NCBI GenBank assembly: GCA_964016885.1
Contig: OZ024755.1
Span: forward strand, 6,820,001 to 6,884,000
DNA from: Eledone cirrhosa
Lineage: Eukaryota
Direction: 5' to 3'
Length of the DNA: 64,000 nucleotides
Shown here piece by piece: positions 47,280 to 62,089 of the stretch (its first letter is position 1; each line of letters opens with the position of its first letter). Position numbers and translations under genes: made by a program. The notes beneath the pieces were generated by a model. The model searched no databases. It was not told the DNA's origin and saw nothing but the letters and a program-made list of their open reading frames with translations.

Positions 47280-47542
47280 TGGAGGCACGTGGTCAAGTGG
47301 TAAGGGTGCTGGACTTAACGTCGTGGGATCAATTCCTGGGTTCCGTGTTGTGTTCTTGAGCAAAACACATCATTTCGCGTTGGTCCAGTATACCCAGCTG
47401 AAAATGAGTACCAGCAATAGCTGGCGGTTTAACTGTGCGATGGACTGGCATCCTGTCCAGGGGAGAGTCTTTTACTCTCAGTCGCTTCACGCTACGAAAC
47501 CGGGATAAGCACCGGCCAAATGAGCCTTCTGGCTTAAGATAA

Positions 47543-47548
<6 letters not shown>
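47280..47548 (+). mobile_element. tRNA-derived SINE family 2
   Basis: Head ggaggcacgtggtcaagtggtaagg (A box), then ttcttgagcaaaacac..cagctgaaaatgagtacc. Related copies at ~24913-25175(-), 4775-5005(+), 40502-40815(+), 15488-15700(-), 54060-54265(-), 8480-8580(-) and 55320-55650(+). Confidence 0.7.
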
Positions 47549-47589
<41 letters not shown>

Positions 47590-47971
47590 TGTATTCAGAC
47601 CTGGAAAGGAGGTCCGCCAGATTTAAAAACGCCCTAGAAACGTCATATATCATTATGGCGCCCCTTTGACTTCCTCGGGAGTTACGGGTCCATACATACA
47701 TACAAAGTTAAATCTAACACTTTTATATCCCTGGTTAATGACTGCGACATTGTGGCTAAGTTAAGACAAGAAACACTGAAAACAAGGATATGTGCACCTA
47801 AAAAGAAGGGCGGCCAATTGGCAGAGTCGTTAGAACGTCGAATAGTTAAGATTACAGATAACATTTTTAAATCATTTAATCTTTGCAATTGTTTCGGCAC
47901 AAATTTCATTATACACATAACTAGGATGGACAAAATGTAATAATAATTATAGTAGTAACAATAATAACAAT

Positions 47972-48452
47972 AATTGTTTCTACATTAGGCACAAGGTCAG
48001 CAATTTGTAGGGGAGGGGAATGTGAATTAAATCGACCCCAGTGCCTTACTGGTGCTTTATTTTATCGACCCCTTATTGATGAAAGGCTAAGCTAACCCCC
48101 TCGACAAGATTTGAACTCAGAAAAAACAAATAATTGTTTCTACTTTTGGCACAAGGCCAGCAAATATGCCAGTGCATTACTGGTGCTTTATTTTATCGAC
48201 CCCTTATTGATGAAAGGGTAAGCTAACCCCCTCTACAAGATTTGAACTCAGAAAAAACAAATAATTGTTTCTACTTTGGGCACAAGGCCAGCAAATATTC
48301 CAGTGTATTACTGGTACTTTATTTTATCGACTCCGTAAGGATGAAAAGCAAAGTTGACCTCGGCAGGATTTGAACTCAGACCATAAAGGGCCGTAACTCT
48401 TTGCTGCAAAGCATGGTGTCCGACTCTCTACCGATACTGTCAACCCACCGCC
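47972..48452 (-). mobile_element. Three tandem SINE family 1 copies
   Basis: Copies start at ~47972, ~48132 and ~48262; the first two share a local duplication. Confidence 0.8.
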
Positions 48453-48705
48453 TAAAAACAAATAATAATGATACAAGCATGAGGATGAATACTTATATTT
48501 TCCACCTAGTATATATTTTAAAATGTATCTCATCGGAAGTTTAAAGAATCACTGTCAAGGACAGTTCCATGAATACGAATACAGGGAGCAGAAGATGTTG
48601 CTGTTTTAGCTTCTCTCTCTGTATCTATCTATCTTCTCTTCTATCTCTTCTCTCTCTCTATCTTTCTCACTCTCTCTCTCTCTATCTTTCTCACTCTCTC
48701 TCTCA

Positions 48706-48770
<65 letters not shown>

Positions 48771-48932
48771 CCAAATAAATATATATATTTTTAAAAAAAA
48801 TAAGACTTCAGTTGCATTTTCGATTTCATCCCTTTTTCTTTATACTTCCACTCGTGTAGGACACCTCGGTTATTTTTCATTTTGTAAAAAAAACCTCACT
48901 TTCTAATATATATATGTATATATATATATATA

Positions 48933-49075
<143 letters not shown>

Positions 49076-49690
49076 CGTTTGTATAGATATATCAATGAAA
49101 TTAGGATAGATACAGAAAGAAATGAATAAATAAATAAATAAAGAAAGAAAGAAAGAAGGAAGGAACGAAAGCTGTATATGATTTCATAGATGGAAATTAG
49201 AGAGAGAGAGGAGGAGGGGGGGGTTAGAGAAGGGGTAACAGTGATAATGAAAGAGGGAGAGAAAGAGAGAAAGCAGGGAGAGAGAAGTTAGAGAAGGAGT
49301 AACTATGTGATTCCGTATCTGTATGAGCATGTGTAGCTGTGTGTGTGTGTATGTGTGTATGTGTATGCATGTGAGTGTATGTATATATGCATGTGAGTGT
49401 GTGTATGTGTATGCATGTGAGTGTGTTTATGTGTATGCATGTGAGCGTATGTATATATGCATGTGAGTGTGTGTATGTGTCTGTGTGTGATGACCATACA
49501 TCAGCCTATTAACATTTTAATTCATTCACAGTGAGATTTGAGATGTGTATGTATATGTATGTATGTAGGTGTGTGTATAAATGTATGCATATATGTATGT
49601 AAATGTGTGTATGAATGCATATATTTATGATTGTATAACATATATATAAGTGTGTGTCTGTATATATATATATATATTGATATATATGTT

Positions 49691-49727
<37 letters not shown>

Positions 49728-49917
49728 GTACATACACACAGACATATATAAAATTCATATATACATACATACATATATACATAGATGCATACACGAATAT
49801 ACATTATATTCTAGGTATACGGCTATATGAATAGTGTATGATGAGTGCGTATAAATATTTGTGATTACATGAGCATATGTACACGCATCCCGTGTATATA
49901 TATATACATATATATAC

Positions 49918-49970
<53 letters not shown>

Positions 49971-50023
49971 CATATATATATATACATATATACATATATA
50001 TACATATATATACATATATATAT

Positions 50024-50070
<47 letters not shown>

Positions 50071-50071
50071 C

Positions 50072-50141
<70 letters not shown>

Positions 50142-50246
50142 GTATGTATGTATGTATATATAAATGAGTGTGTGTGTGTGTGTACATGTGCTACATGTAT
50201 ATGTGGTGTGTACAGGCGTGTACGTAAGCGTGTATAATTGTGTAAA

Positions 50247-50296
<50 letters not shown>

Positions 50297-50307
50297 TGCA
50301 TATACAT

Positions 50308-50350
<43 letters not shown>

Positions 50351-50353
50351 CAT

Positions 50354-50440
<87 letters not shown>

Positions 50441-50758
50441 TATACATACACACGCACATATATATATATACACACACACACATATATATACATACATACG
50501 TGTGTATATTGCGTGTTGTAGTCTTTTTGTCGGTGTTTTCTATCTTCAAGTCGCTACTGGTCGCTAAAGAACATCTGCTTGGCCGGAAGGTACAAGAACG
50601 GCCGTATCCAATAGAAAACCCAGCTTTCGTTTCAACACTTATCGATCTGGAAACTTCCTTTTCGCTTGGTTCTTTCTTTCTTTTTTTTCTTTTTTTTTTT
50701 CTTTTTCTTTCCTTGCTTTTGGTTGTTGTTTTCTTTTTACTTTTTCTTTCTTTGTTTT

Positions 50759-50807
<49 letters not shown>

Positions 50808-50962
50808 TTTCCCCTTCTTTTACTTCTTTATACAATGTATATGTATGTATGTTTATTATGTTTATATATATACGTATGTGTGTGTGCATATATATATATA
50901 TATACAAATACACACACATATATATATATGCATATATATATATGCATATATATATATATATA

Positions 50963-51032
<70 letters not shown>

Positions 51033-51128
51033 CACACACACACATATATATATACACTCACACACATGTATATATTCTTGCGTATGTGCATGTATATCTA
51101 AGCATATGCATATATTTATTATATGTAT

Positions 51129-51290
<162 letters not shown>

Positions 51291-51334
51291 TATATATATA
51301 TATGCATATATATATGTGTGTGTGTATGTGTATT

Positions 51335-51395
<61 letters not shown>

Positions 51396-51401
51396 ATGTA
51401 T

Positions 51402-51462
<61 letters not shown>

Positions 51463-51733
51463 ACAGGCTTCCTGTTCTTTCTTCACTTCTACTCCTCCCT
51501 CATCTCTCTCTCTCTATCATATTTTATACTTGTTTTCTTTCCCGCCCACCTCCTCCCCCTTTCCTCTGTGACGTGTCAAGCTACGGTGGCGCCCACTGGC
51601 TTCAATCGCGACGGATATTTCAGCACTTTGGTGCTTAACGATTTGTAGTAGATCGCTTTTTGAAAAATCTTCCCCAGCCTCGCACATACAAGACACGCCT
51701 CTTTCTTTCTCTTACTCTTTCTTTCTCATTCTT

Positions 51734-51801
<68 letters not shown>

Positions 51802-51880
51802 CCTCTATTTATCTATTTATCTCCCCATCTATCTATTTATCTATTTAACTATCAGTTTGTCTCTTTATCTCTCTCTCTCG

Positions 51881-51928
<48 letters not shown>

Positions 51929-52129
51929 ATATATATATATATATCACCTATCTATCTACCTATCCATCCATCTATCTATCTATCTATCTATATATATATA
52001 TATCAATCTATCTATCTATATATATATATATATATATCAATCTATCTATCTATCTATATATATATATATATCAATCTATCTATCTATATATATATATATA
52101 TCAATCTATCTATCTATCTATATATATAT

Positions 52130-52182
<53 letters not shown>

Positions 52183-52365
52183 ATTTATCCATCTATCTAC
52201 CTATCTATCTATCTATCTATAGCCTCAACATCTCTTTCTTTTTCCCTCGATCTCTCTTTCTCCCTCTTCTTTTCTCTTTCTCACTTCCTATCTCTCTCTC
52301 TATCTATCTATCTATCTCTCTATCTCTCTCTCACTCACTTTCACTTTCTCTCCTTGTTTCCTGTC

Positions 52366-52442
<77 letters not shown>

Positions 52443-52771
52443 AACTCTTTTCCTTATTAGCCTTCAATCCGATGTCATTCCGTTCTGGAACCAAAGAATG
52501 GTCTATGAAGCACTCTGCCTCTCCAGTTGGCTGACGGCAGCTGAAATCCGTACTATTTCTCGAGCCATTATTTATTGATGCCGATTGCTAAAGAACTATT
52601 GAATATACAATTACAAACCATCACCGGCCATATCTCAGATTTCTCTATAAAACACGCTGAACCAAGATCACAGTCTTTCTTACATGTTCGTTGCCTCTTT
52701 ATATAAAACACTCGCTCAAATACACACGCACGCACACACGCACATACACACACACGTACACACACATACAT

Positions 52772-52821
<50 letters not shown>

Positions 52822-52897
52822 TCGTGCTCGCGCGCAAACACACTGACACATGCACACATACGCACGCAAACATACGCACGCAAACACACACACACAT

Positions 52898-52956
<59 letters not shown>

Positions 52957-53083
52957 TTTTTCTGCATTCTTTCTTTTTTCCTGCCTTTTCTGTGTTTCTG
53001 TATGTATGAATATATCTATATCTATATCTATATCTATATATATAGAGATATAGATATAGATATATATTTATATTTATATATAT

Positions 53084-53120
<37 letters not shown>

Positions 53121-53192
53121 ATGTGTATTTGTGTTTTGTTTTCCGAAGAGAAAGGTGACAGTGACTTCGAAGTTTCGGTGATGGAGCTTCAT

Positions 53193-53278
<86 letters not shown>

Positions 53279-53619
53279 TTGTGAAGCGAGAGACTCCTAG
53301 TCTTCATAAAGACATCTCTGTAGGAGAAGGTTACTCTGATATAAAACCTGCGACTTCATTTGCACCCAATGATGGAGGCCAGTCCTACTTTTGTGCTGGT
53401 AAATGCATTCGATGTTCAAAGATTGGGATTGGCACCGCGCAAAGCCTTTCCTCTCTTATAAAAGCTTCAAGCACAGGCATCGCTTGATATGTGACATTTT
53501 TTGCGATGCACGCCATGTCTGGCCATAGGCAAGTGCCTATCAGGGCTAAAAAGCCACATCCGTGATGCTCAAGTATTTTTAATACCCAGAGAATAATATG
53601 ATATTGGTTAAAATTTTAC

Positions 53620-53632
53620 CTGTGTGAGGCAT
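53620..53632 (-). CDS. Poxn: Pox-neuro coding exon 1 (MPHT + first base of G)
   Basis: Minus strand ATG CCT CAC ACA G|gtaaaa. MPHTG is the N-terminus of Drosophila Poxn. The phase-1 donor matches the next exon. An acceptor tttcag| puts the exon start at 53681. Confidence 0.88.
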
Positions 53633-54585
53633 TCCTCTTGGTTCCGTTTTGCAGATTGACCAAATATTTGTGTATAGGTTTCTGAAATATATATTAAAAT
53701 AAAACATTTGAATGATTTTAACCATTTTTATTTTAAAGCATGATGGCTTTGAAGAATGTAAAACTACGTTTGAAAAAACTTGAACGGCGTTCTAAGAGAC
53801 TGGTTGGGACCCAATATTACGATTATTCAATTCATTCAAACGTGCTAAAGTCAATGGTTTAGAGATATCCATTGTCTGCCGAGTATTCATGCAAATTTGA
53901 ATGAAGTTTTCCTGTTATTTCTATCTGGTCTAGCTACAATGTAGAGGACATTCTCGCGATGACCATGGAGTTCTGTCTTTCGTTTGTATAGGATCTCCGT
54001 CGTTCTCGTTGATATGTGTTCCAGTTGTAAGTTATTCGAATTTCATGTCATAATTAACTTTCGTCAAATTGGACCGAGGAGACAATGTTTCCGTTGGTCT
54101 TTCCAATTGCTAGTTCTATCTATTGGTCGCAACTCCAGGTAGAAGGAGCAACATGAAATAAAGTGCCTTGCTGAAGCACATAACGCATCGCCTGGTCCAG
54201 GAATCGAAATCACATCCTCACGATTGCGAATCCAATTCTCTAACCACTCAGCCACACGTCTTCACATATTAACATATATATATGCAACATAAAACATGGA
54301 GTATGGCATATGGAGCTTTCAGCATATAGTATGTGATTGTAGAGCGGGAATATATAAGGATTTGATGAGTGGAACACTGGAAAGAATATTTAAGAGAATA
54401 TGAGAATAGGAAGGTATTGAGTTAATAGGTTGAAGACAGTTGTCATGTGACCGGAAATCACCCAATGGCTGAACAATGGCGGAAACGAAGAAAGAAAAGA
54501 AAGAAAGAGATAAAGATGAATGTTTGTATGGGAGAATGATTAAATTAATGAATTGTATAAATGAAAGAAAAAGTGGGAAAGATAA

Positions 54586-54669
<84 letters not shown>

Positions 54670-54967
54670 GCAGTAGGTGAGAGAGAGAGAGTAGGTGAGA
54701 GAGTAGGTGAGAGAGTAGGTGAGAGAAAGCGAGAGAAAGAGGGATATAGAGAGAGAGATAAAGAGAGAGTAGGTGAGAACAAGAGGAAGAAATAAAGAGG
54801 GGTAGGTGAGAGAGAGATATAAAGAGAGGGTAGGTGAGAGAGAGAGATAAAGAGAGGGTAGGTGAGATGGGAACTAATATGTCGCTCGTGTAATTTATTA
54901 GGAATTGAAAGATTTCGATGAATCGAAACAAGGCGAATGGTTAGGTTTCCTAAGTATATGGCTAATG

Positions 54968-55280
54968 GTATCCTACCATCTCTAGTATCTCTACCATCTA
55001 GTGTGTCTATAGTTGATGGTATGTCTACCATCTCTACCATCTAGTGTGTCTATAGTTGATGGTATGTCTACCATCTCTACCATCTAGTGTGTCTATAGTT
55101 GATGGTATGTCTACCATCTCTACCATCTAGTGTTACTCTAGTTAATGGTATCCAACCATCTCCATCATCTAGTGTTCCTCTCTTGATGGTATGTCTACCA
55201 TCTCGACCATCTAGTGTTCCCATAGCCAATGGTATCCTACCATCTCTACCATCTCCATCATCTAGAGATCTCTACCATCC
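54968..55280. repeat. 43-bp tandem repeat ctctaccatctagtgtgtctatagttgatggtatgtctaccat
   Basis: About three near-perfect units plus degenerate ones. Confidence 0.85.
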
Positions 55281-56622
55281 TCCTAGTCGTATTCCCCTAG
55301 TCGACGCCCCTAGAATGGTAGAAAGGTTCCCTTTGCAATCATGAGTTTCAAATTCGATCCCACTGCGTGACATTTTGAATAAATGTCATTTAACATGGCC
55401 TATGGTTAATCCCAAACCATTTAAATACAATTGGGTAGACAGGAACTGTGTGGAAGCCTGTCACATAGGTTGTGCTTGTAATTCTGAAGTCCAGCTTTGT
55501 GATATATTGTGTCACGTTGGTCTGGTATAAGAATTACATTGAGGTTACTCGTGTCTGAGGAATACATGGCCACACACACGTTGATTTAATGAGTAGGTAA
55601 TTCAGTTTATCGACTGACTCATTGATCATTGTCGAAATCGACTGAGGACCCACCGCTGTTTACCTGGAAAATATAGTTAATGCTTGCTGCTTCTGATAAA
55701 TATGATACTATGAGGCAACAGAAGAGAAAGCATCGGCCTCTGGTCATTTACCAAGTCATTGTATATTATGGAAGTTATGGGGCCCAAGCTGTTGACCTCT
55801 ACACGGTGGGCCCTGGGACTTGATCCCTCATCGCTGATGTCGCTCAGATGAACGACAACAACCTGAGATAGCACCAGTCTCAAGAAGAAGAAAAAGAAGA
55901 GGAATCAAAATTATCACAAGTAAACGCCATGATGTAGAAGTGATGGTTTTCAAACGTGGGAAGTCTTTGACCATGTTTCTAATCCCAGTGGTAGTGATTT
56001 CACATCAGCCTCATCGTTAAGGTCGACCAGAATTACATAAGTTAGACAGTTACCTTTCACCAGAGAGAGAGAGAGAGAAAGAAAGAGAAAGAAAGAGAGG
56101 GGGTAGAGATAGACAATTAGATAGCAAGAGGGATAGACAGAAAGAGAGAAAGAAATAGAGAAAGAGAAGGGGGAGAGGGAGAAGGAGAAAGAAAGCGAAA
56201 GAGAGAGAAAGAGAATGAAAGAGAGAGAGAGAAATTTGAGGGAGATGGTGTGTGATGGAAAGAGGGAGATGAGTGTGTGAGTGAGAGGGGGGATAAAGAA
56301 AGACGGAGAGGGAGAGGGAGTGAGAGAGACGGGTGAGAAACAAAGAGAAACAGAAACAGACAGAGACAGAGAGACAGAGAGAGTAACAGTCAAAGAACAT
56401 GGGAGGAAGTCAAGTGGGTGAGCTGATAACATGAACATCAAGATAAATCCCGATGCATTTGTTAGTTGATGCAATGACTAAAGTGTGCAGCATTGCAAAA
56501 GTTGCTATTATTAATGCATAAAGTTGCAGAAACATGTAAAAAGACACGTACATGTAGGAAAAACTGAATTATTTATTTTATTGCGGATGACTTCCACGAT
56601 TCTCTTCTTTATTATTTTAGCT

Positions 56623-56674
<52 letters not shown>

Positions 56675-56708
56675 TATACATTTATATATCTAGGGAGGGT
56701 AAAATTTC

Positions 56709-56762
<54 letters not shown>

Positions 56763-56846
56763 TTATATATATATTTAGCCATTAAATACATATTTAAACT
56801 CTATTTCGGTAATGAGTACTTTTTCTCGCATCTGTCAATAATACAC

Positions 56847-56902
<56 letters not shown>

Positions 56903-56904
<2 letters not shown>

Positions 56905-57116
56905 CGAAGGAAATGTGGTAAGGAACCAGGTGGACCATAACGCACCAAAGTACTCAATACTTAGGGTAGTAGAGTGGGTAATAGGAACGAGTAGGACCCC
57001 GACGGCTGAGCTGAAGCCGTTTCGACGTTTCTGAGTCCATAATTAGCTGTCGAAACGGCTTGAGCTCAGCCGTCGAAACGGCTTGAGCTCAGCCGTTGGG
57101 GTCCTACTCGTTCCTA
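56903..57116. mobile_element. Family B (TA)n-embedded inverted element with hammerhead 3' halves
   Basis: Inverted arms ggaacgagtaggacccc.../...ggggtcctactcgttcc. Other copies at 1183-1298, 12829-12987, 17735-17796, 39920-40058, 45846-45905 and 63617-63722. Confidence 0.75.
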
Positions 57117-57122
57117 TATATA

Positions 57123-57187
<65 letters not shown>

Positions 57188-57364
57188 ATAATAGTAAATG
57201 TGAAGACTAAAATCCAAAGAGGGCTCGATAAGGATAAATATATATCGAACATATAAAAACCATAGAGCAAAAATTTATTAAAATAACAGATAAAATTTTA
57301 AGCAAAGAATCGGTGCTTTCACCCTTAACGGGAAGAACCCGTTAAGGGTGAAAGCAGCGATTGT

Positions 57365-57438
<74 letters not shown>

Positions 57439-57567
57439 ATAGGGAGAAAAAGACGATTATTAGGAAGAATAATATATTTTTTCCCCTTTTTATTTATTTC
57501 TCTCTTTTTTGGGGGTTAGAAAATGATTAAAACGAAATATTTATATGTATATATATATATTTATAAG

Positions 57568-57605
<38 letters not shown>

Positions 57606-57728
57606 GGAGGTGAGTTTTATTGTAGTACAATAAAGCAATGCAGATATCGGATAAGAAGCACTCTACAATTTGTAGGACTGGAGTATACATAATATATAAG
57701 AACAAAAGATGGTTAAAGGAGTTCCATG

Positions 57729-57799
57729 TATTTGATTATGCGCATTTCAAAAACAAATATCATCATGCAATAATATTTGTGTTTTCATCAGATAAAACA
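57729..57799 (-). ncRNA. Type I hammerhead ribozyme, family A (left arm)
   Basis: Mirror of 57850-57920; long stem II acaaatattatt/gatgatatttgt. Confidence 0.75.
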
Positions 57800-57849
57800 G
57801 GAGGACATGATATGAAGACATGTTTTTTAGCCTTCATATCATGTCCTCC

Positions 57850-57920
57850 TGTTTTATCTGATGAAAACACAAATAGTATTGCATGATGATATTTGTTTTT
57901 GAAATGCGCATAATAAAATA
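57850..57920 (+). ncRNA. Type I hammerhead ribozyme, family A (right arm)
   Basis: Stem I tgttttat/ataaaata; CTGATGA 57858-57864; long stem II; GAAA 57901-57904; palindromic stem III ATGCGCAT; AUA site after 57912. Confidence 0.78.
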
Positions 57921-58006
57921 CATGGAACTCCTTTAACCATCTTTTGTTCTTATATATTATATATATATATATATATATGGAGAGAGAGAGAGAGATATAG
58001 ATATAG

Positions 58007-58042
<36 letters not shown>

Positions 58043-58215
58043 CCGTGTGTATATTTACTGTTTGTTTATATGTAACATGGCGGTTTTTTACAAAACGAAA
58101 TTCATAAAATAAGTTTCAAACTTAGAAATAAAATCCCTAGGGTTGAGGTTGATATGGTCGACTATATCAAAGCGGACATCACCGCTTTCTAAAGATGGAA
58201 CCAGAAAAAAAAAAA

Positions 58216-58269
<54 letters not shown>

Positions 58270-58310
58270 TTCAAAATATTAACAAAAATAGACATTCATG
58301 TGATCAAGTA

Positions 58311-58378
58311 TATTTTATTATACATATTTCAGAGGTACTGGAGCTATCTTCAACAGTACGTCCTCATCAGATAAAATA
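58311..58378 (-). ncRNA. Type I hammerhead ribozyme, family A
   Basis: Minus strand tattttat-CTGATGA-gga.gtactg..cagtac.tct-GAAA-tatgta-TA-ataaaata. Confidence 0.78.
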
Positions 58379-58785
58379 AGATGATGCATGACATACCCTG
58401 ACTTAGTAGATGGTTAAGATTCAGTCATGGTAGTGAATAAGATATGACAAAACTCAATATTTATATACCTTAAGATTGAGACATGAAAAAACTTATATAT
58501 AATACAGAGGGTGCGTGTGAGAAAGCTTAAAAATACATAATAGCAATTTACCTAACTGTTAGAAATTCAAATAATTTAAATTATTGAAGAAAGAAGAAAG
58601 GAAGAAGAAAGACAGAGAGAAACAGATGAGGAAAAAATATAGTTACTAGAAGTATAGAAAGCATTCTTTGATTTATTCATTGAACCTTGTTTAACCTTTA
58701 AATATATATATATATATATATATAAACTACACGATGCAAACTGATATATTCTCATGTATATATGTATATATATGTATATATATGT

Positions 58786-58960
58786 GGGAGACCCTGCATG
58801 GACACACTGGAAGAAGAAGACCGAGGTTAACATATGTTGATGCCCTAAGGACATTCACTGGTCTCTTGGAGACGCAGGACATGGCAGCGGTGATAATGAG
58901 GGAGAGAGACTGCTGGAGAGAACTCGTCCATGGATCTCGGGAATTTTACCAGCTCTAGAC
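58786..58960 (+). mobile_element. RTE-type LINE 3' end fragment
   Basis: WETLHGHTGRRRPRLTYVDAL..TG...M.ERDCWRELV is an RTE C-terminal signature. A second diverged copy lies at ~19603-19832. Confidence 0.7.
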
Positions 58961-58973
58961 GTAGACATATATA

Positions 58974-59293
<320 letters not shown>

Positions 59294-59342
59294 GTAGGAG
59301 GTGAGTTTTTATTGTAGCACAATAAAGCAATGCAAATATCCG

Positions 59343-59430
<88 letters not shown>

Positions 59431-59584
59431 TGATTAAAAGTTTAACAAGGTTCAATGAATTCATCAATGAATAAAGTTTCACAATAAATTATAAGCACTC
59501 TACAAGAAGGTTTTCTGGAGTTATTATCACTGCCATGACTAAATTATAACCATCAACATAGTCAAGGTATATCAGGCATCAACT

Positions 59585-59644
59585 TATTTTATCTGATGAG
59601 GACGTACTGTTGAAATAGCTCAGTATCTCTGAAATAATAAAATA
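59585..59644 (+). ncRNA. Degenerate family A hammerhead (stem III deleted)
   Basis: CTGATGA 59593-59599 and GAAA 59631-59634; stem II as in 58311-58378; 6 nt of stem III missing. Confidence 0.5.
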
Positions 59645-59686
59645 TATTTGATCACATGAATGTATATATTTATTAATATTTTGAAG

Positions 59687-59724
<38 letters not shown>

Positions 59725-59765
59725 CTTCAAAATATTTGGATTTTAGTCTTCAATTTTATTATTAT

Positions 59766-59863
<98 letters not shown>

Positions 59864-60009
59864 GTTTAATATATATATATATACTAAAGAGTCGACTCTT
59901 TATAATATAATCATACTCTACTACACCAATGTGTGTATGTATATATGTATATATGTATATATGATATGTGTCTATATCTATATATCTATATATATCTATA
60001 TCTATATAT

Positions 60010-60062
<53 letters not shown>

Positions 60063-60103
60063 ATATATATATATCACATATGATATATATATATATGTAT
60101 ATA

Positions 60104-60185
<82 letters not shown>

Positions 60186-60388
60186 ATATGTGATATATAT
60201 ATATCACATATGTATATATATATATCACATAAGAAACGGAGAATCAGTGGTATTAGACATGTATTAGACATATTACATTCTCTGGCGACCAGCTCGAGGC
60301 ACGATCGATGCAATGATCGAACCTGACTCTGACATCGCAAGATCCTCAGATACGTCACGATTCTACGACCAGATTTTCCAAATGTATA

Positions 60389-60448
<60 letters not shown>

Positions 60449-61035
60449 CCAGAAAAATGGTGAAGTGTTTAAAAGTTCGCTTAACAACTACTAGTGTTCG
60501 GGTCTTTTTTATTTTGACTGATTTTGTACTTGAGTCCCCTGTTACGTCCCTGGGTTGATCAATACCTTGTGTTTGGAATTTGATAGGCGGAAAATTAGTT
60601 AAGTATTTGTGGTTTTATACACACACACACACACGATCAACCAAGAGGATTCAATAACATGAAGTGTATTAGTTTCACGCTTGGGGGAAGAAGAATGAGT
60701 TATATATATATTCATATATATATATAATATATAATGTAATATATATAATATAATATATATATATGTGAGATTTTCTTTCGAACTGCTGCACTTACAGCCT
60801 AACAGCTCCTTCTAGCACTGATGATAATTATCGCTAAATATTGATGTTGATTTAGTTATTAATATTAATACTATTGGGCACCCACTGAAGATGTGTAAGG
60901 GCCCACTTGCATAAGAATCCACTGATCTTACACAAGTTTCTACATAACTTGGTATAATTTCACCCACAATGTAGAAATCTTACAATGAAATGATTCGTTT
61001 GGGAAATGAGATCTTTAAAATATCTCATATAAAAT

Positions 61036-61128
61036 AATTGTTTCTACTTTAGGCACAAGGCCAGCAATTAACCAGTGCATTACTGGTACTTTATTTTATC
61101 GACCCCGTAAGGATGAAAGGCAAAGTCA
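61036..61128 (-). mobile_element. SINE family 1, 3' fragment
   Basis: aattgtttctactttaggcacaaggccagc...aggatgaaaggcaaagt. Confidence 0.75.
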
Positions 61129-61272
61129 AAATACAGCCAGTTATCCACACAACACAATATAGTTAGCACTCCAAACGTTTAATTGGGAATATACTCCTCT
61201 ATTTCCTAATGTTTGTTGAGTGAGTTGGAAATTGGTCGGAGTATCGCTGTTAGCTTTCTCCGTTTATGTAAT

Positions 61273-61337
<65 letters not shown>

Positions 61338-61482
61338 GTGTGTCACATCGAACATCAATAATAATGCTCGATTCGTTTAATAACATTTTTATTTTATATA
61401 TATATATATAGTTATTTATATTTAATAACTAAATAGCTCTGTAGCTAACATTGAGCACTCTTCTTTCCTTTCCTACGGAAAC

Positions 61483-61587
<105 letters not shown>

Positions 61588-61901
61588 TAAAGTGTTAAAC
61601 AATATTCAATGATTATGTCAAAGAATGAGTTTTACAGTAGATTGGAAGCACTCAACGGTAAAAAAATATTTTTCTGGAGTTATTAATATTAAAATATTAG
61701 TATTAATAAAATAGATGTTCTTTTGATCAATTATATTTTATTATACATATTTCGAATGTACAACTGTACGTCCTCATCAAACAAAATATAATGATACATG
61801 ACATACCCGGAGATGTTAAATGGTTAAGATTTAATCAAGGTAGATTTAATCTAGGTAGATTAAATCTTAACCATTTAACATCTCAGGGTATGTCACGTAT
61901 C

Positions 61902-61964
61902 ATTATATTTTGTCTGATGAGGACGTACTGTTGTACATCCGAAATATGCATAATAAAATATAAT
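61902..61964 (+). ncRNA. Type I hammerhead ribozyme, family A (best-formed copy)
   Basis: 12-bp stem I attatattttgt/ataaaatataat; CTGATGA 61914-61920; stem II GGA.GTAC-tgtt-GTAC.TCC; GAAA 61941-61944; AUA site after 61952. The mirror copy 61730-61792(-) carries C3U. Confidence 0.82.
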
Positions 61965-62089
61965 TGATCAAAAGAACATCTATTTTATTAATATTATATT
62001 TATATATATATATATATAAATTAAAAGTTGAAAGATTTAAACAAAACGCAGTCAGTCACACACAATTATATACATATATATACATTCTT

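Noticed and set aside
60674-60686. TTCACGCTTG paired-domain-like site upstream of Poxn
   Set aside because: A single imperfect short match is expected by chance.
60820-60925. CTGATGA and CTGAAGA words (also 11322, 19519, 32451(-), 60345(-), 62790)
   Set aside because: No properly placed GAAA or stems; 62790 is the RT YTDD codon run.
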